A stretch of DNA of 36,429 nucleotides from a virus (lineage: Duplodnaviria; Caudoviricetes), in the IMG/VR virus record IMGVR_UViG_3300033475_000099, positions 1 through 36,429 of that record, one strand, 5' to 3'. The stretch's first letter is position 1. Each line of letters starts with the position of its first letter. This document shows, in pieces, positions 8,570 through 16,105 of this stretch. The position numbers and the translations under genes were made by a program. The notes under the pieces were generated by a model, which had not been told where the DNA came from, searched no databases, and worked only from the letters and a program-made list of their open reading frames with translations.

Positions 8570-9778
8570 ATGGCTCGCCAGTATGGCATTTGGGTGGACC
8601 TGGAGGGCGTCAAGTTCGACGACTCGTCGACCGAGACGTGGATCCAGGCTTTCACCGAGGGGAAGTACGAACACCCCCTGTTCGGCGAGATCAACTTCGA
8701 CGAGGAAAAGCTCCAGGGCTTTGCCGACAGCGTCAAGAAGCGAGTCCGTGACGTTCAGCCGGACATCGACTACGATCACAAGATGTTCAGTGGCGAAGCG
8801 GCTGGCTGGATCAAGGACGCGAAGTACGAGAAGGGCAAGGGCCTGAGCGTCCAAGTCGATTGGACACCCAAGGCCAAGGAAGCCATCGCGAACAAGTCCT
8901 ACAAGTACTTTTCGCCGGAGTTCGCCGACGAGTGGGAGCACCCGAAGACGGGCAAGACGCACAAGAACGTCATGTTCGGCGGCGCTCTTACCAACCGTCC
9001 TTTCCTCAAGGACATCCTGCCCGTCAACCTGTCGGAGCTGGCCATCAACCAGCCGACGCCGACACCGACCGATCCGAATTCAGGAGGTCTGATGGACCCG
9101 AAGGCACTCCGTGCCGCCCTGGGTCTTGCGGAGGACGCTCCCGACGACGTCGTGAACACCAAGCTCACGACGCTGAAGGCGCTCCACGAGGCCATGACCA
9201 CTCAGCCGCCGGCACCTCCGACGCCGCCGGCTCCGACCCCGCCCGCGCCGACTCCCCCGGCGCCTCCGGCTCCGACCAAGGAGTTCTCGGAGAAGGACAT
9301 CCCGGCGCTTCTGGCCCAGCTCAACGACGCCGCGGTCTCTTCGCCGGCCGTCGAGCTCCTGAAGCAGCTGATGGAGTCCCAGGCGCTGAAGATCGAGCAG
9401 CAGGCCAAGTCGCTTCGGGAGATCGAAGTCGACAAGATGCTGGGCGACCTCGACAAGGGCAAGAAGTTCGCCGTGCCGCCGGCCGTCAAGGAGCAGCTGC
9501 GTGCGATCCTCCTGAGCTCGAACAAGGAGCTCGGCGAGCAGGTCCTGTCCGCGTACAAGAAGACGATCGACCTCGGCGTCGTCGACCTGTCCGAGAAGGG
9601 CTGGCAGAAGACCGGCGAGTCCGTCTCCGCCACCACCACGCTGGCCGCCGAGATCCGCAAGCTGCAGGAAGCGGACAAGGAGCTCAGCTACACCGAGGCG
9701 TACAAGCACATCGCGCGTGACCGCCCCGACCTCGTGCAGGCCGTCCGTCAGGACAGCTACATCAAGGACGGTGTCTGA
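8570..9778 (+). CDS. Mu gpI-like prohead protease/scaffold (start revised to ATG 8570)
   Basis: RBS GGAGG; IDYDH..AAGWI, WTPKA...I....YKYFSPEF and GGALTNRPFL motifs; Pro-rich linker and helical scaffold C-terminus. Confidence 0.9.
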   Translation: MARQYGIWVDLEGVKFDDSSTETWIQAFTEGKYEHPLFGEINFDEEKLQGFADSVKKRVRDVQPDIDYDHKMFSGEAAGWIKDAKYEKGKGLSVQVDWTPKAKEAIANKSYKYFSPEFADEWEHPKTGKTHKNVMFGGALTNRPFLKDILPVNLSELAINQPTPTPTDPNSGGLMDPKALRAALGLAEDAPDDVVNTKLTTLKALHEAMTTQPPAPPTPPAPTPPAPTPPAPPAPTKEFSEKDIPALLAQLNDAAVSSPAVELLKQLMESQALKIEQQAKSLREIEVDKMLGDLDKGKKFAVPPAVKEQLRAILLSSNKELGEQVLSAYKKTIDLGVVDLSEKGWQKTGESVSATTTLAAEIRKLQEADKELSYTEAYKHIARDRPDLVQAVRQDSYIKDGV

Positions 9779-10203
9779 TGGAAGGCATGAACTACGTCCT
9801 CGCCAAGAGCTTCCTGGCGACCGGCGGCAACGTGGCCTACAACCGCGGCGACCTCGTCGTGGCGGCCGCGGGCTCGACCCTCCAGCCCACCCAGGTGGCC
9901 CTGAGCTCCGCGTCCACGGACCGGATCGTCGGCGTCGTCCTGGAGGACCTGGACGCGGCCAAGGTCAACACCGGCAAGGCGTACGTGTCGGTGCTCATCA
10001 TGGGCGTCGCCCAGTGTGTCGCGGGCGCCGCTCTGGCGACCATCGGCACGCGCGTGATGCCCGGTGCGTCCGGTACCGCGAAGCAGGCCATCGCGGCGGC
10101 TACCACGGGCAACGTCCCGTTCGGAGTCACCATGGGCGTCTCCGGCGCCCAGGGCGACTACATCAGCGTCCTGCTCACGCCGGGTCTCCCGGCTCTCCCG
10201 TAA
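9778..10203 (+). CDS. Capsid decoration/cement protein (DUF2190-like)
   Basis: Small Gly/Ala/Val-rich protein between scaffold and capsid; GD.I.VLL C-terminus. Confidence 0.7.
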   Translation: MEGMNYVLAKSFLATGGNVAYNRGDLVVAAAGSTLQPTQVALSSASTDRIVGVVLEDLDAAKVNTGKAYVSVLIMGVAQCVAGAALATIGTRVMPGASGTAKQAIAAATTGNVPFGVTMGVSGAQGDYISVLLTPGLPALP

Positions 10204-10224
10204 CCTGGAAGGAGGATAGGTTCG

Positions 10225-11229
10225 ATGACCGTTTACGCTCCTTCGGGATCGGGAAACATCCACTACGATGTGCCGCTGACCAACATCAGCGTCATGTGGC
10301 ACAACGAGGGTCTGGTGGGGGACGTCCTGTTCCCGCCGGTCACGGTGCAGAAGCAGTCCAACAAGTACTACATCTACAACGGTCGCGAGGGCTGGTACCC
10401 GGCACTCGACGACGCCCGCGCCCCGGGCACCGAGGCGAACGAGATCCCGGGCCTGAAGGTCTCGCTCGACACCTACTACGCACAGGAGCACGCGCTCCAG
10501 ATCGCGGTGACGGACGAGGAGCGTGAGAACGCGGACACGCCGTTCTCGCCCGACGCCGACGGCGCGGAGCTGCTCGCCTCGCGAGTGGCGCTGGGCCGCG
10601 AGTACCGGATCTACTCGTTCGCGACCACGGCGTCCAACTACGCCACGGCGCTGCAGGCGGTTCCGGGCACCACCACGGGCTTCGGCCCGCAGTGGGACTC
10701 GTACAACAACGCGACGCCGATCCGGGACATCCGGGTGGCGCAGCGGCTGCTCCACAAGACGTCCTTCCTCGAGTCCAACGTCGCGGTGATCCCCTACCGG
10801 GTCATGTCGGCGCTGGAGGACAGCCAGGACCTCCTCAACCGCATCCAGTACGTCGAGCGCGCCGTCCTGACGCCCGACCTGGTCGCGAGCCTCCTCGGTC
10901 TGAACAAGGTCGTCGTCCCCGGCTTCGGCTACGCGACGAACAACCCGGGTCAGACCCTGGCGATCTCGTACCTCTGGAACAACGAGGTCGTGCTGGCCTA
11001 CAACCCGCCGAGCCCGGGTCTCAAGGTGCCGGCGTACGGCTACGAGTTCGTCTGGGGCTTCGGCTCCCAGGCACAGATCGTCGACCGCTGGAGGGAAGAG
11101 CGTCGGGCGTCGGACATCATCCGGACGCGGCGTCGCTACGACCTGAAGATGATCGGCGTGGACACGAACGGCAAGTCGATCTGCGGCTTCCTGTTCACCT
11201 CGGTCCTCAGCTCCGGCTTCCTGGGCTGA
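10225..11229 (+). CDS. Major capsid protein
   Basis: RBS AAGGAGG; 334 aa; D.PLTNIS, LFP.V.V.KQS..Y, RAPG motifs of HK97-fold Mu/lambda-E-like capsids; very high GC3. Confidence 0.9.
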   Translation: MTVYAPSGSGNIHYDVPLTNISVMWHNEGLVGDVLFPPVTVQKQSNKYYIYNGREGWYPALDDARAPGTEANEIPGLKVSLDTYYAQEHALQIAVTDEERENADTPFSPDADGAELLASRVALGREYRIYSFATTASNYATALQAVPGTTTGFGPQWDSYNNATPIRDIRVAQRLLHKTSFLESNVAVIPYRVMSALEDSQDLLNRIQYVERAVLTPDLVASLLGLNKVVVPGFGYATNNPGQTLAISYLWNNEVVLAYNPPSPGLKVPAYGYEFVWGFGSQAQIVDRWREERRASDIIRTRRRYDLKMIGVDTNGKSICGFLFTSVLSSGFLG

Positions 11230-11243
11230 GAAGGGAGAACGAG

Positions 11244-11708
11244 ATGGCGGACAAGCCGAAGGAGTACGTCGCGTACGGCGAGCTGGGTGCCTACAAGCCC
11301 GGCGACGTCGTCAACCCGGCGGACTGGGACCTCGAGCAGTGGAAGTACATGGTCGAGCACCAGGTCGTCGTTCCGAAGAACTCGCAGAACGACCCCAACG
11401 TCCTCGAAGAGGCCGCGGCCGAGGCGCGAGACACGATCGCGGAGCAGTCGGCGCAGAACGACCAGCCGGCCCAGCTCTCCGCGGCGGAGCTCGCCCACAA
11501 GGCGGCCACGAGCGGCTCGTCGGACACCAAGGACGAGAAGTCGTCCGCGGACGACAAGCCCGAGCCGACGCCGGACGCGGGCGACACGACCACGAAGGCC
11601 GCGGGCGACACGGGGACGAACAAGCCCTCGCCGACCCCTCCGGCCGACAAGCCTCCGGCGCCGGCGACGGTGAAGGCGGCCACGCCCGAGCAGACGAAGA
11701 AGGCCTAA
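11244..11708 (+). CDS. Hypothetical virion protein with low-complexity C-terminus (start revised to ATG 11244)
   Basis: RBS AAGGGAG; MADKPKEYV..YKPGDVV; usual post-capsid position. Confidence 0.75.
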   Translation: MADKPKEYVAYGELGAYKPGDVVNPADWDLEQWKYMVEHQVVVPKNSQNDPNVLEEAAAEARDTIAEQSAQNDQPAQLSAAELAHKAATSGSSDTKDEKSSADDKPEPTPDAGDTTTKAAGDTGTNKPSPTPPADKPPAPATVKAATPEQTKKA

Positions 11709-11711
11709 CTC

Positions 11712-12092
11712 ATGGGACTCGTCAGCGACGTCTACACGCTGAAGGCGAGCTCCCAGGTAGCGGTGGGTGCCGGTAACGGCACGTTGACGGTGGACGCGAG
11801 CGCCTACGACAAGGCGTCCGTGTTCATCAACGTCACGGCCAAGACCGGCACCTTCACCTCCTACCTGTTCGGCCTTCAGGTCAGCCTCGATGGTGGCTCC
11901 AACTGGTCCGGCATCGGTACGCAGGCCGCGCCTCTGGGCCCCGGCTCGGTCGGAGCGGCGGCGGACCTGGTCGGCACGGAGAAGCTCTGGTTCTCGACCA
12001 CGCTCTTCATGGGTGGTCTCGTCAGGCTCGGTTGGGTCACCGCCGGCGGTACGAACCTCACGTTCTCCGCCAGCGCAATGTTCCGGAGGTGA
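11712..12092 (+). CDS. Beta-sandwich virion protein, paralog A
   Basis: DAS.Y...NV.AKTGTFT.Y.F.LQ.S.DGG..W motif shared with the next gene. Confidence 0.75.
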   Translation: MGLVSDVYTLKASSQVAVGAGNGTLTVDASAYDKASVFINVTAKTGTFTSYLFGLQVSLDGGSNWSGIGTQAAPLGPGSVGAAADLVGTEKLWFSTTLFMGGLVRLGWVTAGGTNLTFSASAMFRR

Positions 12093-12095
12093 CGC

Positions 12096-12470
12096 ATGGC
12101 TCTCTACGAAGACGTCGTCGCCGTCCCCGTCGGGACTCAGCCTGCCACAGCCACAGGCAACGGAGCTAGCTTCGACGCCAGCGGCTACAAGCAGCTCGGC
12201 ATGGTCCTGAACATCTCCGCCAAGACGGGGACGTTCACCAACTACCAGTTCTTCCTGCAGGGAAGCCAGGACGGAGGGACGACTTGGTTCGGTGCCGCTT
12301 CTGGTACCGGAGCGGTTCTGCTCCTCCTGACGGGCGGCGCGACGGACATCACGACGGGTGCCTACTACGGCGGCCTGACGATCATCCCCGCTCCGCTGCT
12401 CCGTCTGGCCTGGACACTGGCGGGCGGGACGAACGTCACGTTCACCTGCCGTGCAGCGCTGAAGAACTGA
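12096..12470 (+). CDS. Beta-sandwich virion protein, paralog B
   Basis: RBS GGAGG; clear paralog of 11712-12092. Confidence 0.75.
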   Translation: MALYEDVVAVPVGTQPATATGNGASFDASGYKQLGMVLNISAKTGTFTNYQFFLQGSQDGGTTWFGAASGTGAVLLLLTGGATDITTGAYYGGLTIIPAPLLRLAWTLAGGTNVTFTCRAALKN

Positions 12471-12486
12471 GACTGGGAGGGACAGC

Positions 12487-12945
12487 ATGGCGACGCACAT
12501 CACCCTGAAAGAAGCTCAGGCGTGGTTGGAAACGACCAAGCTGTCCCTCCCCCAGCTCGACGCGGATCTCGAGTCGCAGATGTCCACCATGGTCATCGGC
12601 AAGCTCGTCACCATTTACCCGGTGGACGCGCTCACGTGGATCGACTCAGACACCACACCGAGCATCGTCCGCAAGATCATCTCGATGTACTACGCCGGCT
12701 GGTTCTACGACCGGCAGTACAGCGAGACGTCCGAAAGCAATGACTACGCCAACAGGCTCCGCCGGATGGCTGACGATCTCCTGGATGGTCTGATCGACGG
12801 TTCGATCGACATCATCGAGATCCCCGGCATGCCTCCGACGTCTGAGCCCGAGTTCTTCCCCACCGATGTAAGCTCGGCGAACCTTCCTTCGAACGAGTTC
12901 CCATCCGATGGCCCTCCCAAGTTCACCATGGGTCAGATCTTCTAG
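12487..12945 (+). CDS. Head-to-tail adaptor (Mu gp36/SPP1 gp15-like)
   Basis: RBS GGGAGG; P.IVRKI....AG..Y and A..LL..L.DG.I.I pattern; synteny. Confidence 0.75.
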   Translation: MATHITLKEAQAWLETTKLSLPQLDADLESQMSTMVIGKLVTIYPVDALTWIDSDTTPSIVRKIISMYYAGWFYDRQYSETSESNDYANRLRRMADDLLDGLIDGSIDIIEIPGMPPTSEPEFFPTDVSSANLPSNEFPSDGPPKFTMGQIF

Positions 12946-12954
12946 GAGGTTGCA

Positions 12955-13518
12955 TTGCCACCAAAGCCTCCTGTCAAGGGCCTCCGGATCGATGAAGGTC
13001 TCAGCTTCGAGTTCAAGCCAAGCATCGGTCTCAGCGCCAAGCGAATCGACAAGCTCGGGCTGGACATCAGGTCCTTCCGAGAGCCCTTGAAGCGGTCGAT
13101 CCAGCAGGTGCTAGCGCCTAGCTTCAAGAAGAACTTCCGTGCTGGTGGCCGTCCCGACAAGTGGCAGCCGCTGACCCCGGAGACGGAGAAGTTCCGTAGG
13201 TACTACGGCTTCAACGCTGGCCCTCCGCTGATCCGTTCCGGCAAGCTGATGAAGACGATCCAGCAGTTCAACATCTGGTCGATCAACGAGACGCAGGCGG
13301 CTATCACCGATCTGCCGGAGAAGATCTGGTACGGTAAGGTTCAGCAGGCAGGTCTCGTCAAGAGCGGGAAGTCGGCAGCAGCAGGAAACATCCCTCCGCG
13401 GCCATTCGTGCTCATCCAGGGCGAAGACTACGACGCGATCGAGAAGGTGTTCGAGAACTGGTTCATCGAGCGCATGGAACGTTCTCAGGCATATAAGCGC
13501 TCGAGGGGGTTGGCATGA
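12955..13518 (+). CDS. Mu gpG-like virion morphogenesis/neck protein
   Basis: RBS AGGAGG with TTG start; F..GGRP.KW.PL...T, L..SG.L, IP.RPF motifs. Confidence 0.8.
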   Translation: MPPKPPVKGLRIDEGLSFEFKPSIGLSAKRIDKLGLDIRSFREPLKRSIQQVLAPSFKKNFRAGGRPDKWQPLTPETEKFRRYYGFNAGPPLIRSGKLMKTIQQFNIWSINETQAAITDLPEKIWYGKVQQAGLVKSGKSAAAGNIPPRPFVLIQGEDYDAIEKVFENWFIERMERSQAYKRSRGLA

Positions 13519-13976
13519 CGCTCGCTCCTACGGACAGCATCTACGTCTACACGAACTACGTCTTCGAGCTGCTGGACGGACGCAAGGCGGAACTGGGCGT
13601 CCAGGACGTCTGGTTTGGCGATGACGCAAGTACCAAGCTCCCCAGGACTCCTGCGATCACTGTCGAAGGGGCACCGAAGAGTAGAGAGTACAACGGTGCG
13701 CCTCGGCGTTCGATGAACACGATGGACATGTACGTCATGGTCTACCACGACAAGATCGCTGACGTGCAGGAGAACGCCCGGAACGCGATGAGGAGGGCCG
13801 AGGCGGTAGAAGCAGTGCTGCATGAAGATGCTCAGCTGGGTGGCCTTGTGATCGACAGCATGGTTATCTCCAACGAGCCTGGCACTGCAGATCGAGGAGG
13901 GAGCCTGATGAGTGCCTCGCGTCTCACCTTCCGAGCACGTAGTCAGACCTTGCTTCCCTATTCAGCCACCATGTAG
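13515..13976 (+). CDS. Tail terminator/completion protein
   Basis: ATGA overlap; P.I.V and VE..L..D..LGGLV pattern; directly upstream of the tail tube region. Confidence 0.7.
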   Translation: MTLAPTDSIYVYTNYVFELLDGRKAELGVQDVWFGDDASTKLPRTPAITVEGAPKSREYNGAPRRSMNTMDMYVMVYHDKIADVQENARNAMRRAEAVEAVLHEDAQLGGLVIDSMVISNEPGTADRGGSLMSASRLTFRARSQTLLPYSATM

Positions 13977-13985
13977 GAGGGTTAG

Positions 13986-14288
13986 ATGGCATTCAAGCTT
14001 TCGGTTGACATGCCTAACCTCGCCCCGGACGGCAAGGTCAGCATCACGGGCCTGGGCGAGCTCCAGAACGGCAAGTCATACAAGATCAGCGACGAGCAGG
14101 CCGAGCTCTTCCGGACGCTGAACGGGCACATCAAGGACAAGACCGATCCGGAGACGGGCCAACTCCTCAGCCGTGAGACGGTTCTGGGCCCGGCGCTCGA
14201 CGAAGTCGAGATCGCAGGCATCACAGTCGAACAGATGAAGGAAAGCGGACAGCAGGCTCCGGCCGGACAGCAGGGGGAGGGTAACTGA
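13986..14288 (+). CDS. Hypothetical protein (100 aa)
   Basis: RBS AGGAGG; TGATG coupling to the major tail gene. Confidence 0.75.
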   Translation: MAFKLSVDMPNLAPDGKVSITGLGELQNGKSYKISDEQAELFRTLNGHIKDKTDPETGQLLSRETVLGPALDEVEIAGITVEQMKESGQQAPAGQQGEGN

Positions 14289-15217
14289 TGGGCGTCGGAA
14301 TTGGTGCAGGCGGCCTCATGGGCTTCGCCCTCGAGGCGACGCCGGGTGTCTACACAGCACCGACCAAGTACACCCCGATCGATTCGGAGTCGCTGAAGTT
14401 CGTCCAGGACACCACGTGGCGGCGTCCGATCCGTCAGAGTGCCGACGTCATCGGTGCGGTGCCGGGTAACGCACGCATCGAGGGCGACCTCAACATGGAG
14501 GCACTCGAGGACGTCGTTCCGTACTTCCTGATGTGCTCGCGCCTCAGCGTCGTCAAGACCGGCTCGACGAACTACACGTACACCTGCACACCGACGGCGG
14601 CCGCGGTACCGACGAAGACCATGTCGGCAACGGTGGTTCGCAACGGCCAGGTCTTCGGCTACGTCGGCCTCGTGGTGAGCCAGTTCACGTTCACCATCGA
14701 CGACGGCATGCTGAAGTTCAACTGCAGCATGATCGGGCAGGACGAGGCGGCGCAGTCTTCGCCGACGCCCACGTGGCCGTCGACGATCCCGTTCGGTGCC
14801 GGCCAGTACAACATCCAGATCCCGACCTCGTCCCAGGTCTTCGACGCCGACGGCTTCGAGTTCCAGGTCGACGACAACGGCGAGGCCCAGTACCGTCTGA
14901 AGGACACCGGCCGAGGTGCCCAGTTCGTTCAGTACGGCGAGCGTTCGGTCCAGCTCACGATGGAGCGGGACTTCATCGACCGTACCGAGTACGACGCCTT
15001 CAAGGCGCTGACCGCTCAGTCGATCACGCTCGTGGCCAGCAAGGGCACGAACAACAAGATCACGCTGAACATGACGACCGCGATCAAGGACAGCTACGAG
15101 GTCGGTCTGGGTGGCCAGGGCGACCTGCTGCGGGCGTCGATCACCTACCAGGCGCCGATCAACGCGAGCGGCGTGTCCTACACCGTCGTCGTCCAGACAC
15201 AGGAGAACATCGTATGA
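14288..15217 (+). CDS. Major tail (tube) protein
   Basis: 309 aa; E.TPG....PT...P..SESL N-terminus; high GC3; upstream of chaperone and tape measure. Confidence 0.85.
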   Translation: MGVGIGAGGLMGFALEATPGVYTAPTKYTPIDSESLKFVQDTTWRRPIRQSADVIGAVPGNARIEGDLNMEALEDVVPYFLMCSRLSVVKTGSTNYTYTCTPTAAAVPTKTMSATVVRNGQVFGYVGLVVSQFTFTIDDGMLKFNCSMIGQDEAAQSSPTPTWPSTIPFGAGQYNIQIPTSSQVFDADGFEFQVDDNGEAQYRLKDTGRGAQFVQYGERSVQLTMERDFIDRTEYDAFKALTAQSITLVASKGTNNKITLNMTTAIKDSYEVGLGGQGDLLRASITYQAPINASGVSYTVVVQTQENIV

Positions 15218-15300
15218 AGCAGGTCGTCGACTGGACCAAGTCGTTCATCTCATCTCAGGGCGCGGACTGCGTCGAGGTGGGCGTGTTCGAGAAGGACTAG
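15214..15300 (+). CDS. 28-aa DUF397-like microprotein
   Basis: RBS AGGAG (15201-15205), ATGA overlap; MKQVVDWTKSFISSQGADCVEVGVFEKD matches the W-x-K-S-x-x-S...C-V-E-V signature. Confidence 0.55.
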   Translation: MKQVVDWTKSFISSQGADCVEVGVFEKD

Positions 15301-15307
15301 ACAGACG

Positions 15308-15382
15308 TGCGGGGTGGAGCAGTTCGGTCAGCTCGCCAGCCTCATGAGCTGGAGGTCACAGGTTCGAATCCTGTCCCCGCAA
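15308..15382 (+). tRNA. tRNA-Met(CAT), fMet-like body, CCA not encoded
   Basis: Cloverleaf: acceptor TGCGGGG/CCCCGCA, D stem GAGC/GCTC, anticodon stem CCAGC/GCTGG with loop CTCATGA, T arm ACAGG-TTCGAAT-CCTGT, A73. Confidence 0.93.
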
Positions 15383-15392
15383 CGACACCAGA

Positions 15393-15428
15393 GGCCGTGT
15401 GGTTCTTCGAACCATTCGGAACCGCGGT
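15393..15428 (+). promoter_or_regulatory. Conserved intergenic element, copy 3
   Basis: GGCCGTGTGGTTC TTCG AACCATTC GGAACCGCGGT; hairpin GCCGT(GT)GGTTC/GAACCGCGGT. Confidence 0.6.
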
Positions 15429-15461
15429 GGACCGGTAACAAGACTCAGAGGGAGAGTCCAG

Positions 15462-15833
15462 ATGCCAAGGGCAGTAATCGACTTCAACGACACCGACAAG
15501 AAGGACCTGAAAAGCCTTCCCGGTGCCTACGTGGAGCTCCGGCGCATGTCGTACGGACACAAGCTCCAGCGTCAGCAGCTCGCGACGCAGATGTCCGTCA
15601 AGGGCAGTGGCAAGAACGCCGAGATGGACCTGAAGACCGAGACGGTCAAGGTTGCGGCGTTCGAGTTCGCCAACTGCGTCGTCGACCACAACCTCGAAGA
15701 CGAGAACGGTGCGAAGCTCGACCTCACCAAGGTCTCGGACGTGACGCGTCTGCACCCGCAGGTCGGTGACGAGATCAGCGGGTACATCGACAGCATGAAC
15801 AACTTCGAGGACTCGGACGAAGCAAAAAACTAG
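15462..15833 (+). CDS. Tail assembly chaperone (gpG-like; start revised to ATG 15462)
   Basis: RBS GAGGGAG; VVDHNL.DENG motif; ends in slippery heptamer A AAA AAC TAG. Confidence 0.85.
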   Translation: MPRAVIDFNDTDKKDLKSLPGAYVELRRMSYGHKLQRQQLATQMSVKGSGKNAEMDLKTETVKVAAFEFANCVVDHNLEDENGAKLDLTKVSDVTRLHPQVGDEISGYIDSMNNFEDSDEAKN

Positions 15834-16096
15834 AGTACCGGATCAGGTCACTAATTGTTCTCGATGACAAGAAGCAGAAGGACGACCCACTAGTGGCAGC
15901 AGTCGTCAATCTCGCATCGAACTGTCGAGAGTTCAGGTGCCTACCAGGTCCGGGTAGCTTGATGGAGCAGGACAGCCTCTTGGTCTACGTGTGCAACGTC
16001 GTCCAGAGCTCGTGGCGGGAACGCGAAGAGCTCGACAGTAAGCGACGTGAAGCCGAGGCTAAGCAGCGTGAAGCGGAAGCTAAGTCCAGACGTTAG
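15462..16096 (+). CDS. Tail assembly chaperone gpGT via -1 programmed frameshift at 15824-15830
   Basis: The -1 frame after AAAAAAC is open (LEYRIRSLIVLDD...LPGPGSLMEQD) to TAG 16096, joining track ORF 15893-16096. Confidence 0.8.
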
Positions 16097-16105
16097 GAGT
16101 CGACA

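Noticed and set aside
9205-9276. Short GC-rich tandem repeats (ccggc.ccgac.cc)
   Set aside because: They encode the PPAPT linker of the scaffold; a protein-level low-complexity region, not an independent DNA element.
15314-15769. 151-aa ORF and the upstream extension (15399) of the chaperone ORF
   Set aside because: They run through the tRNA and conserved element 3; the RBS supports ATG 15462.
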